A DNA stretch of 64,000 bases from an uncultured Bacteroidaceae bacterium. GTDB lineage: Bacteria > Bacteroidota > Bacteroidia > Bacteroidales > Bacteroidaceae. The DNA lies in the NCBI GenBank assembly GCA_944320955.1, contig CALUJL010000021.1, forward strand, positions 130,516-194,515, read 5' to 3'. The notes under the pieces were generated by a model. The model worked only from the letters and a program-made list of their open reading frames with translations, did no database searches and was not told the origin of the DNA. The position numbers were made by a program, and so were the translations under genes. Positions 20,508-30,952 of the stretch are shown here, one piece after another. How positions within the stretch are numbered: position 1 is the stretch's first letter; every line of letters begins with the position of its first letter.

Positions 20508-20536
20508 CGGCTAAATCAACAAAAAGAAAGCCTAAA

Positions 20537-22156
<1,620 letters not shown>

Positions 22157-22378
22157 CCATTGCCTGAATAGCAAAATGCCACAAGATTTCCACTGAAACA
22201 CTTGCGGACATTTCCAGCAGAACACGAAAACAATCTTTTTTCCCAGATTTTTGCATGAAGAGGGAGAAAAGATTGTTTTTTTGTGTACATTTACAGCCGT
22301 AAAAAGCGGGCGATTTCTCACCGCCGCCCTATAAAATAAAGGACTTCATACTAACACCACTAAAAAACGACTCACCTC

Positions 22379-22933
22379 ATGATGACGGAAAACTCTCATA
22401 CCCCCTCTCCGGCCGAGCGGCTGAAAGCGTGCTCGGGGGTGGACGTGCAGCTATGCTATCAGTGTGGCAAATGTACGGCAGGCTGCGCAATGGCCCCGGA
22501 GATGGATCTTCCCCCTTCGTTTCTGGTACGCCTGCTACAGACGGGCTCACCCGCTGCCTACCGCCGCGTTTTGGAAAGCCGGAGCATTTGGCTTTGCGTG
22601 GGCTGCGAGCAGTGCATAGGCCGTTGCCCGAAAGAGGTGGATATTCCCCGCTTGATTGACTGCCTCCGAAGCGAAGCCCAAAAAGAAGGTTGCGTATCGC
22701 CGGAAGCCTCGGACATCATCAAGTTCCACAAGTCTTTCCTGGGCAGCGTCAAGCGTAACGGACGGCTGGGTGAGTTGGACCTTGTAGTGGAATACAAGTT
22801 ACGCACGCTCCACTTGTTCCAAGACGTGGATGTCGCGCCGGGAATGCTGGCCAAGGGGAAACTTCCATTGATACCCGAACGCATAAAAGGGAAAAGGGAG
22901 ATTGACGAAATCTTTAAGAAATCAAACGCATGA
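22379..22933 (+). CDS. hdrC: Heterodisulfide reductase subunit C-like (two 4Fe-4S ferredoxin motifs)
   Basis: CxxCxxCxxC(P) motifs (CYQCGKCTAGCA, CVGCEQCIGRCP). 4-nt overlap with the next gene. Confidence 0.75.
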   Translation: MMTENSHTPSPAERLKACSGVDVQLCYQCGKCTAGCAMAPEMDLPPSFLVRLLQTGSPAAYRRVLESRSIWLCVGCEQCIGRCPKEVDIPRLIDCLRSEAQKEGCVSPEASDIIKFHKSFLGSVKRNGRLGELDLVVEYKLRTLHLFQDVDVAPGMLAKGKLPLIPERIKGKREIDEIFKKSNA

Positions 22934-23778
22934 AAGAGACAGGTTTTTATCCGGGATGTTCCCTACAGGCTACTTCCCGCGAATACAACGAATCAGTCCG
23001 GGCCCTGGCACGCCATCTCTCCCTGCCGCTCAGGGAAATCGAAGACTGGAACTGCTGCGGAGCCACGGCAGCCCACTCCATGAACCACGAACTCGCCCTG
23101 GCCCTCCCGGCACGTGTCCTGGCCTTAGCCGAAGCGCAAGGAATGGAAGAAATCGTAGTTCCCTGCGCGGCATGCTACGGCCGCCTGGCCACGACGCACC
23201 ACACGCTCGTCACCGACGAGACACTGCGACAAAAGACTTGCGACACCATAGGGATGGAGTACTCGGGAAAGCTGAAAATACTAAATGCCGTACAATGGAT
23301 TGAGCAATATGTAGAACCTCTGCTCGCCAATGCGGTCACACACCCGATCAACCGCAAAATGGCCTGTTACTACGGGTGTCTGCTGGTACGTCCGCATAAG
23401 GTCCTGCAATTCGACCGCGTAGAAGATCCTCAATCTATGGATCGGCTCTGTGCCCTTTGCGGCAGCGAACCGGTGGACTGGGCATTCAAAACCGAATGTT
23501 GCGGAGCCGGATTGTCCATCTCCCGCACCCAGTCGGTAGGGCGGCTTTCCGGTGCAATCCTTTCCGATGCCGCAGAGCGGGGAGCTGAAGCCATAATCGT
23601 GGCTTGTCCCATGTGCCACTCCAATCTCGACATGCGCCGTCCGGCAGCCAACCGCAGCCTCGGGCAAAAATTGGACATTCCAGTACTTTTCATCACACAA
23701 CTTATCGGACTCGCCTTAGGCATCCCGCGAAAAGAGTTGGGACTCGACCGCCACTTCGTGCCCGTGCCCCAATGGTGA
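22930..23778 (+). CDS. hdrB: Heterodisulfide reductase subunit B-like (two CCG domains)
   Basis: Cysteine-rich CCG motifs (NCCGAT, ECCGAG, CPMCH). Confidence 0.8.
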   Translation: MKETGFYPGCSLQATSREYNESVRALARHLSLPLREIEDWNCCGATAAHSMNHELALALPARVLALAEAQGMEEIVVPCAACYGRLATTHHTLVTDETLRQKTCDTIGMEYSGKLKILNAVQWIEQYVEPLLANAVTHPINRKMACYYGCLLVRPHKVLQFDRVEDPQSMDRLCALCGSEPVDWAFKTECCGAGLSISRTQSVGRLSGAILSDAAERGAEAIIVACPMCHSNLDMRRPAANRSLGQKLDIPVLFITQLIGLALGIPRKELGLDRHFVPVPQW

Positions 23779-23839
23779 AAGACCGGAACCTTAGCGATAC
23801 AGTTATTCTCTTATCTTCCCACACTAAAAGAAACAATCC

Positions 23840-25846
23840 ATGTCTAAAATAGGAGTTTTCATTTGCCATTGCGGCGAAAACATCAGCGCCACCGTAGACT
23901 GCGCACGCGTGGCGCAGGCGGCCGCTGAGATGGAAGGCGTAGCCTATGCCACAGACTATAAATACATGTGCTCCGAACCAGGCCAGCAACTCATCAGGCA
24001 GGCCATCCGGGAGCACAATCTGGACGGAGTGGTCGTAGGTTCCTGCTCGCCGCGGATGCACGAGCCCACGTTTCGCCGCGCCTGCGCCGAAGCGGGACTC
24101 AACCCTTACCTCTGCGAGATAGCCAATCTGCGGGAACATTGCTCATGGGTACACGAAAAAGGCGAGGCCACGACACAAAAGGCCATCGATATCGTGCAGG
24201 GCTTGGTAGAAAAAGTGCGGCGCAACCAGCCACTGACTCCCATCCGCGTACCCGTCACGAAGAAAGCACTCGTCATTGGCGGCGGAATAGCCGGCATACA
24301 GGCCGCACTGGACATCGCCAACTGCGGCCACCGTGTCATCCTCGTCGAGAAAGAGCCTTCCATCGGCGGACATATGGCACAACTTTCCGAGACATTCCCC
24401 ACACTCGACTGCTCGCAGTGTATCCTCACGCCGCGCATGGTAGAAGTGGCCCAGCACCCCAACATCACACTCTATACCTATGCAGAGGTAGAGAGCGTAG
24501 AGGGCTTCATAGGCAACTTCAAGGCCACCATACGGCTCAAAGCCAAGAGCGTGGACGAAAAGAAATGTACGGGTTGCGGACTCTGCACCACCAAGTGCCC
24601 GAACAAGAAGATTCCCGGGGAATTCAACGAAGGGCTCGGCACACGGACGGCCATCTACGTACCTTTCCCGCAGGCAGTGCCCAACAAGCCCGTCATCGAC
24701 AAAGAGCACTGCAACTACTACCAGAAGGGCAAATGCCGCGTCTGCGAGAAATTCTGCCCCACGGGAGCCATCACTTTCGACCAACCCGACCAGTTTATCA
24801 CCGAAGAAGTGGGCGCAATTGTCGTGACCACCGGCTTCCGCGTACTGCCCACCTCTTTCTTTCCCGAATACGGCTACGGGCGCTATAAAGACGTCATTAC
24901 CGGCATCCAGTTCGAGCGCCTGGCCTCGGCCTCAGGGCCTACGATGGGCGAGATACGCCGCCCCTCGGACGGGACAGTGCCCAAGAAGGTGGTCTTCATA
25001 GCCTGCTGCGGATCGCGCGACCCGGCCAAGGGAATCCCCTATTGCTCGAAGATCTGCTGCATGTACACCGCCAAGCACGCCATGCTCTACCAGCACAAAG
25101 TGCACGACGGGGAGTCCACCGTTTTCTATATGGACATCCGCGCCGGGGGCAAAAACTACGAAGAATTTGTCCGCCGCGCCATCGAAGAAGACAAAGTGAA
25201 CTATGTGCGCGGCCGTGTGGCCCGCGTCTACGAACGGGCTGACGGGAAACTCGTCGTGCGCGGCGTAGACACCCTGCTCGGCGCGCAGCAAGTGGAAATC
25301 GAAGCCGACATGGTAGTCTTGGCCACAGCCGGTGTCGCCAACCCCGGAGCCGAAGAGCTGGCACAAAAACTCCACATCTCCTACGATCCCTACCACTTCT
25401 TCGCCGAAGCCCACCCCAAGCTCCGTCCCGTAGAGACGAACACCGCCGGTATCTATCTGGCCGGCGCCTGCCAGGCTCCGAAGGACATACCGGAGACCGT
25501 AGCCACGGCTTCCGGCGCAGCGGCCAAGGTGGTCTCCCTGCTCTCGCAGGACGACTTGGTGCGCGAGCCCCTCGTGGCCGTCGTCAACCGCTGCGCCCCG
25601 CCCGTCTACAGCACTTGCGTGGGCTGTTTCCTCTGCCAGACGGCATGCCCCTACCAAGCCATCGAACGCGAAGAGATAAAGGACCGCCAAGGGCGCGTCA
25701 TCAAGACCGTGGCCAAAGTAAACCCCGGACTCTGCCAGGGCTGCGGCACATGCGTCTCCTTCTGCCGCTCCAAGGCCATCGACATACAGGGCTACTCCAA
25801 CGAACAGATGTATGCCGAGGTAAACGCCCTTCTGAATCACGAATAA
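23840..25846 (+). CDS. hdrA: Heterodisulfide reductase subunit A-like (FAD-dependent, multiple 4Fe-4S clusters)
   Basis: FAD Rossmann GGGIAGIQAAL plus four CxxCxxCxxxCP-type clusters. Confidence 0.85.
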   Translation: MSKIGVFICHCGENISATVDCARVAQAAAEMEGVAYATDYKYMCSEPGQQLIRQAIREHNLDGVVVGSCSPRMHEPTFRRACAEAGLNPYLCEIANLREHCSWVHEKGEATTQKAIDIVQGLVEKVRRNQPLTPIRVPVTKKALVIGGGIAGIQAALDIANCGHRVILVEKEPSIGGHMAQLSETFPTLDCSQCILTPRMVEVAQHPNITLYTYAEVESVEGFIGNFKATIRLKAKSVDEKKCTGCGLCTTKCPNKKIPGEFNEGLGTRTAIYVPFPQAVPNKPVIDKEHCNYYQKGKCRVCEKFCPTGAITFDQPDQFITEEVGAIVVTTGFRVLPTSFFPEYGYGRYKDVITGIQFERLASASGPTMGEIRRPSDGTVPKKVVFIACCGSRDPAKGIPYCSKICCMYTAKHAMLYQHKVHDGESTVFYMDIRAGGKNYEEFVRRAIEEDKVNYVRGRVARVYERADGKLVVRGVDTLLGAQQVEIEADMVVLATAGVANPGAEELAQKLHISYDPYHFFAEAHPKLRPVETNTAGIYLAGACQAPKDIPETVATASGAAAKVVSLLSQDDLVREPLVAVVNRCAPPVYSTCVGCFLCQTACPYQAIEREEIKDRQGRVIKTVAKVNPGLCQGCGTCVSFCRSKAIDIQGYSNEQMYAEVNALLNHE

Positions 25847-25880
25847 AGACAAAAAACACACAACCGAACAGACTCTCGAT

Positions 25881-26345
25881 ATGGACGAAAACAAAGCCGC
25901 ATTCGAACCGCGCATCATAGCTTTCGTATGCAACTGGTGCACTTATGCCGGAGCCGACCTCACGGGCACGAGCCGCATCAAGTATGCGACCAACGTGGAG
26001 ATCGTACGTTTCCCCTGCACCGGGCGCATCGACTTCATGCTCCTGCTCAAGGCCTTTGCCGCAGGAGCCGACGGAATCATCGTCTCCGGCTGCCACCCCA
26101 ACGACTGCCACTACACCTCGGGCAACTTCCATGCCCGCCGCCGCTGGATCGTATTCCGCGGATTGCTCGACTTCCTGGGCATCGACGTGCGCCGCATCCA
26201 CTACTATTGGGTATCGGCCGCCGAAGGGGCGAAATGGGCCGAGGTCGTAAACCAGACCGTGGCCGAGATACGCGAACTGGGCCCCTATACGGAATATAAA
26301 AAGGTAGCAAACTACATAGAAGAAACGGAGGCCGCACATGAATAA
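25881..26345 (+). CDS. MvhD-like (methyl-viologen-reducing hydrogenase delta subunit family) / FlxD-like
   Basis: Conserved cysteine pattern of MvhD. 8-nt overlap with the next gene. Confidence 0.7.
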   Translation: MDENKAAFEPRIIAFVCNWCTYAGADLTGTSRIKYATNVEIVRFPCTGRIDFMLLLKAFAAGADGIIVSGCHPNDCHYTSGNFHARRRWIVFRGLLDFLGIDVRRIHYYWVSAAEGAKWAEVVNQTVAEIRELGPYTEYKKVANYIEETEAAHE

Positions 26346-27138
26346 CTGGAACAAACAGATAGCCGACATGCTCGCCGACGGCACGGTGGCCTTGGTCATC
26401 GGCTACGAAGAGGGCAGCACCCCGCAGAAAACACGCCCCCTCTTCTGCCACGACGCTGTCGCGGCAGAACGCCTCGTGATGGACGGACGCTGCACCCACA
26501 ACCTGGCCGTCTACCTCACCAAGAAAGAACTCCTTCCCGCAGAAGGGCGCATCGGGGTAGTGGCCACCGTGAACGTGCTGAAGAGCGCCCTCCAGCTGAT
26601 GCAGGAGAACCAGATACCCGAAGGACGCTTCCTCCTGATGGCCGTCGGCCCCGAGGGAAAACTCACCGAACTGCCCGATGCCGAGTCCCTCAGGCAGTAC
26701 ATAGCCGCCCATCCGCTGCCCGACAACCCGGAAGTCGCCGCGCTGATAGAGAAAATAGACGCCATGAGCCGCGAAGAGCGCTGGGCCTACTGGCAAGAAT
26801 GCCTCTCGAAATGCGTCAAGTGCTACGCCTGCCGCGCCGCGTGCCCCTTGTGCTACTGCACACGCTGCATCGTGGAAGACAACCGCCCGCAGTGGATACT
26901 CCCCTGGGCCTCCACCCTGCCCAACATCGAGTGGCAGATCAACCGCGTCATGCACATGGCCGGGCGCTGCACGGGCTGCGGAGCCTGCTACGCGGCCTGC
27001 CCCCTGCACCTGCCCATCCACCTGCTCACCAAAAAGCTGACCCAGGAAATCAACCGCGAGTTCGGCACCGAGCGGCCGGCCAAGGGCAACGTGCTCTCCA
27101 CCTTCAGCCCCGACGACAAAGAAAACTTCATCCACTAA
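26338..27138 (+). CDS. Fe-S protein with two 4Fe-4S ferredoxin motifs (FlxC-like)
   Basis: CVKCYACRAACP and CTGCGACYAACP motifs. Confidence 0.6.
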   Translation: MNNWNKQIADMLADGTVALVIGYEEGSTPQKTRPLFCHDAVAAERLVMDGRCTHNLAVYLTKKELLPAEGRIGVVATVNVLKSALQLMQENQIPEGRFLLMAVGPEGKLTELPDAESLRQYIAAHPLPDNPEVAALIEKIDAMSREERWAYWQECLSKCVKCYACRAACPLCYCTRCIVEDNRPQWILPWASTLPNIEWQINRVMHMAGRCTGCGACYAACPLHLPIHLLTKKLTQEINREFGTERPAKGNVLSTFSPDDKENFIH

Positions 27139-27161
27139 CAAGCCACCCCCGCACTCGAATC

Positions 27162-28199
27162 ATGAAGAATTACCAGATAAAACATTCCGACCTGGACGGC
27201 TGGCTGGAAAAAATCATTGCCGCCGGCCGACGGGTCATAGCCCCCGTCACAGAAGAAGGGCACACCGACTTCCGCCCCATCCACTCCCCTGCCGAAGTGG
27301 CTGCCGACGACCAGGTCCAGACCATACAGTCGGCCAAGCAGGCAGCCTTCCCCAAGGCCGAGACCCTCTTCTCCTACCGTAAGGAAGGCACTGCCGTCAG
27401 CCTCGACCAGCCCGCCCCCGAGAGCTATCTCCAGACCGTCGTCTGGCGCGCCCGCCCCTGCGACGCCGCCGGATTCACGCCCCTCTCGGCCATCTTCAAC
27501 TGGGACTATAAAGACAACCTCTACAACGCCCGCCTGGCCCGCACCACGCTCGTAGCCTTCAGCTGCCAGCAGGCCGATGCCTACTGCTTCTGCACCTCCG
27601 TCGGAGGCGGCCCGGGAGAGAAGAAAGGCTGCGACATACTCGTAACCAAGCTACCCTCCGGCAAAGCACTGGTAGAAGTCTGCACCGAAAAGGGAGAGGC
27701 CCTGGCCGCCCTCGCCCCCGGGCTCTTCAGCGAAGCAAACGCCGTGGCAGACGACAGCCCCCTCTTTGCCGAGAAGCAGAGCGCCTTGGCCCAGCTGCCC
27801 GCCCGCTTCAGCAAGGAAGACATCCGCCGCCACCTGGCGGAAGCCTTCGACTCCCCCGTCTGGCGGGAGCAGTCCGAGCGATGCCTCGGCTGCGGCGCCT
27901 GCGCCTTCGTGTGCCCCACCTGCGCCTGCTTCGACATCCAGGAAGACCCCCACGGCAGCCACGGCCGCCGCATCCGCTGCTGGGACTCCTGCGCCTTCGC
28001 CCTCTTCACCCAGCACACCTCGGGCCACAATCCCCGCCCCAGCCAGGCCACCCGCTGGCGGCAGCGCATCCTCCACAAGTTCTCCTACATGCCCGAAAGG
28101 CTCGACGCCACCGGCTGCACCGGCTGCGGCCGATGCTCCCGTGCCTGCCCCGTGGACATGAATCTGCTGGAACACCTAACCTCCATCGCCCAGAAATAA
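27162..28199 (+). CDS. Fe-S protein of the sulfhydrogenase-beta / anaerobic sulfite reductase AsrA-like family (FlxB-like)
   Basis: CLGCGACAFVCPTC and CTGCGRCSRACP motifs. Start set at ATG 27162, downstream of a frame-overlapping artefactual extension. Confidence 0.6.
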   Translation: MKNYQIKHSDLDGWLEKIIAAGRRVIAPVTEEGHTDFRPIHSPAEVAADDQVQTIQSAKQAAFPKAETLFSYRKEGTAVSLDQPAPESYLQTVVWRARPCDAAGFTPLSAIFNWDYKDNLYNARLARTTLVAFSCQQADAYCFCTSVGGGPGEKKGCDILVTKLPSGKALVEVCTEKGEALAALAPGLFSEANAVADDSPLFAEKQSALAQLPARFSKEDIRRHLAEAFDSPVWREQSERCLGCGACAFVCPTCACFDIQEDPHGSHGRRIRCWDSCAFALFTQHTSGHNPRPSQATRWRQRILHKFSYMPERLDATGCTGCGRCSRACPVDMNLLEHLTSIAQK

Positions 28200-28209
28200 A
28201 ACGAAACAA

Positions 28210-29055
28210 ATGGACAGACTCATCGATAATCCCTACCTGCCCTACGTCATGACCGTAGAGCGCATCACGCAGGAAGCACCCGGCGTGAAGACACTCCGCC
28301 TGCGCTTCAAAAATCCGGAAGAGGCCGAAAACTTCCAGTTCCGGGCCGGCCAGTTTGCCGAGTACTCCGCTTTTGGCGAAGGGGAGTGCACCTTCTGCAT
28401 CGCCTCGCCCCCCACGCGCAAAGGCTACGTCGAGTGCACCTTCCGCCAGGCCGGCCGCGTCACCTCCGGGCTCTCGCGCCTCGAAGAAGGCCAGGAGATG
28501 GGCTTCCGGGGCCCCTTCGGCAACACGTTTCCCATTGAGGAATGGAAGGGAAAGAACCTCCTCTTCGTGGCCGGCGGCATCGCCCTGCCCCCCATGCGCT
28601 GCGTCATCTGGAACGTGCTCGACCGCCGCAAGGAGTTTGGCAACGTCACCATCATCTACGGCGCCAAGTCCGTGGCCGACCTCGTCTACAAGGACGAGTT
28701 GAAAGAGTGGGACGAACGCCCCGACGTGCAGCTTTACACCACCGTCGACCCCGGCGGCGAGACCCCCGACTGGAAGGGAAAAGTAGGCTTCACGCCCGCC
28801 GTCCTGGAGCAAGTGGCCCCCTCGGCGGAGAACACGGTGGCCATCGTCTGCGGCCCGCCCGTCATGATCAAGTTCTCCTTCCCCGTGCTCGAGAAACTCG
28901 GCTTCCGTGACGACGCCATCTTCACCACCCTCGAAAACCGCATGAAGTGCGGCATCGGCAAGTGCGGCCGCTGCAACGTCGGCAAACTCTACGTCTGCAA
29001 GGACGGCCCCGTCTTCACCAAAGCCCAGCTCAACGGCCTCCCGCCCGAGTACTGA
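28210..29055 (+). CDS. FAD/NAD(P)H-binding oxidoreductase with C-terminal 2Fe-2S site (NfnA/SudB/AsrB/PyrK-like; FlxA-like)
   Basis: Ferredoxin-NADP reductase-like fold (RxYS-type FAD site, GGIALPPM NAD site) and C-terminal CGIGKCGRC. Confidence 0.7.
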   Translation: MDRLIDNPYLPYVMTVERITQEAPGVKTLRLRFKNPEEAENFQFRAGQFAEYSAFGEGECTFCIASPPTRKGYVECTFRQAGRVTSGLSRLEEGQEMGFRGPFGNTFPIEEWKGKNLLFVAGGIALPPMRCVIWNVLDRRKEFGNVTIIYGAKSVADLVYKDELKEWDERPDVQLYTTVDPGGETPDWKGKVGFTPAVLEQVAPSAENTVAIVCGPPVMIKFSFPVLEKLGFRDDAIFTTLENRMKCGIGKCGRCNVGKLYVCKDGPVFTKAQLNGLPPEY

Positions 29056-29111
29056 CCTTGCAATACCCGTCCGGAAGCCGGCCATCCCTTTTTGGCCACG
29101 CTTCCGGAAAG

Positions 29112-29169
29112 AAAAAAAACCGTCTCCCCCCCCCATGCCCGCGCGCAGAAAGAGGGGAGACGGTTTTTC
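29112..29169. terminator. Bidirectional intrinsic terminator (A-run, 11-bp GC-rich stem ccgtctcccc/ggggagacgg, T-run)
   Basis: aaaaaaaaccgtctcccc...ggggagacggttttt lies between the convergent flxA-like and GNAT genes. Confidence 0.6.
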
Positions 29170-29193
29170 ATACCCCTGCCCGGCTGAAGCGGC

Positions 29194-29733
29194 TCAGCCA
29201 CCAGCCGGCCGCTCCGTCCTCCTCACACAATACACCGTGTGCGGCATGTCGACCCCGCGGTAATGCTTGACCAAACTGCCCGCCACGCCCATCCCGCACC
29301 TTGCGGCCACTGCCTGCGAAGCCCGGTTCGTGTCCCGGATGATGGCATACAGCGCACCGAAGCGCAACACGTCGAACCCATACTCCCGGCAAGCCCGCGC
29401 CGCCTCGGTGGCATAACCCCGGTGCCAGTAGGCGTAGGCAAACAGATAGCCTATTTCCGGCACCAAGCCCCCGCCGTACTCCTGCATCGTGATGCCGCAC
29501 TGGCCTATCATCTCCCCCGTATCCCGCAGCACCGCGGCCCAGAGGCCGAAGCCGTATTCCCGGTAGCGCCGCAGCTGCTTCTCCAGCCATGCCTCGGTCT
29601 CTTCCTCGCTGAAAGCCCCATTGTAGGCATACATCACCCGCTCGTCCTGCAGGATGGAAGCCAAAGCCCCCCGGTCCTCCATTCCCATCTCGCGCAGCAC
29701 CAGCCGCGGAGTCTCCAAAATAATCCGTTCCAT
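29194..29733 (-). CDS. GNAT family N-acetyltransferase
   Basis: Acetyl-CoA binding core (..GFGLWAAV..QCGIT.., GYATEAARA). Start trimmed to MERIILETPRL. Confidence 0.75.
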   Translation of the reverse strand: MERIILETPRLVLREMGMEDRGALASILQDERVMYAYNGAFSEEETEAWLEKQLRRYREYGFGLWAAVLRDTGEMIGQCGITMQEYGGGLVPEIGYLFAYAYWHRGYATEAARACREYGFDVLRFGALYAIIRDTNRASQAVAARCGMGVAGSLVKHYRGVDMPHTVYCVRRTERPAGG

Positions 29734-29857
29734 ACAGCAAACAAGTTTTTTATCCAGTCGTCCGCTCCCCGCTCCTTTCGTATAAGGCACCGTGAAAGAC
29801 GACCCAAAGATAGAAAAAACAAGTGGCCCGCCTGTCATCTGCACAAAACACTGAAAA

Positions 29858-29964
29858 AAGAAAGCCCCGGCACTTTGCCCCGATTCATGCGGCACTTTCC
29901 GGAAAAAGCCCTGCCACTTTTCCCGGAAACGGCAAGGTTTTCCCGAAATATCCGCACTTTCCCA
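29858..29964. repeat. Hairpin-repeat array (family copy)
   Basis: gattcatgcggcactttccggaaaaagccctgccacttttcccggaaacggcaaggttttcccgaaa. It shares the gattcatgc block with the 12.1-kb copy. Confidence 0.55.
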
Positions 29965-30099
29965 TAATAGACACACGCCCGCCTTTGCCCCATTTCCCGA
30001 CGTTCCTAACAGGAAAACACAATCCGGGAAACATCAAATCTTAGTATTTTGTTAATTATACATAACGGGTGGGGGGGGGTAATTTCAATTATATGTTAT

Positions 30100-30107
30100 T
30101 ATCTTTG
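30100..30107 (+). promoter_or_regulatory. -7 box TAtcTTTG, preceded 20 nt upstream by a G9 homopolymer tract (30071-30079)
   Basis: TAnnTTTG motif upstream of the low-GC ORF at 30205. The G-tract occupies the position where a -33 element would be expected. Confidence 0.35.
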
Positions 30108-30204
30108 AAGCATTCCAATCCGATGGTTCCAGTTTGTTAAAGACAAAAAGTCATCAAATGAAGCCAAGAAAAGAACATTATTAACCCTTAAAAACAAAAG
30201 CACT

Positions 30205-30501
30205 ATGATTTTTCTTATCATCATCATCGCCGCAATTGCCGCATGGGCTTACTTCGGGAACCACGACACGGCTGCCACAAAAGAAGCACTCAAGCTAAAA
30301 GAGAGGAACGACGAACAGAAAAAAGTCATCCGCTATTTCCTGAACGACGGATGCCTCTCCAAGCACATCTCCGATGCTGAATACGAAGAACTGCTGCTCA
30401 ACGCGATCAGCAAATTCGACTTCAAGAAAAAAGCCCTCGACAAGATAGGCCTCGACGAGAGCGAACTACAAGAAATCAAGCCTGTGAACTTCAACGGCTA
30501 G
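30205..30501 (+). CDS. Hypothetical membrane-anchored protein (N-terminal TM helix); same frame as the following ORF, separated by a single TAG
   Basis: ATG at 30205; TM segment MIFLIIIIAAIAAWAYF; local GC is well below the window average. Confidence 0.4.
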   Translation: MIFLIIIIAAIAAWAYFGNHDTAATKEALKLKERNDEQKKVIRYFLNDGCLSKHISDAEYEELLLNAISKFDFKKKALDKIGLDESELQEIKPVNFNG

Positions 30502-30528
30502 GTAGCAGACAAGACCACGTACGGACGC

Positions 30529-30885
30529 ATGGGGAAAGACCACAAATGGCGTTATTCCGCCTATCAGATAACTTGGTTGTTCTTTTCTTCAAACCAAGTA
30601 TATTTCTACCAATACACGCTCTACATGGACTGCGATGAGAAAAAAGAAATAACCAACGAATACTTCTACCGCGACATCACCAGCTTCAACACCTCCAGCG
30701 ACACGATAGAAGTGCGCACCTACGACAAAAAGAAGAAAGACTACACCTTGAAAAACGTAGGCAGCACACGCTTCTGCCTGGCCGTACCCGGCGATAAGAT
30801 GTATTGCGCCATGGAGCAGAATGAAGCCAACGAACGTGCCGTCCAAGCCATGAAGAGCAAACTACGCGAAAAGAAAAGCGCTTGA
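30529..30885 (+). CDS. Hypothetical protein; possibly the C-terminal part of a gene interrupted by an in-frame TAG
   Basis: Same reading frame as 30205-30501 (both frame 1). No recognisable domain. Confidence 0.35.
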   Translation: MGKDHKWRYSAYQITWLFFSSNQVYFYQYTLYMDCDEKKEITNEYFYRDITSFNTSSDTIEVRTYDKKKKDYTLKNVGSTRFCLAVPGDKMYCAMEQNEANERAVQAMKSKLREKKSA

Positions 30886-30952
30886 TTCCCCACCCCCGCC
30901 CTTCCTCCCGCCGACAAGCAGGCGGGAGGAGGGGGGAAAACACCCCGGGCAA

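Noticed and set aside
26799-27161. Upstream extension of the flxB-like gene overlapping the flxC-like gene in another frame.
   Set aside because: The extension is Arg/Pro/His-rich with no motif. The ATG at 27162, 24 nt after the flxC stop, gives a protein beginning MKNYQIKH that is consistent with homologues.
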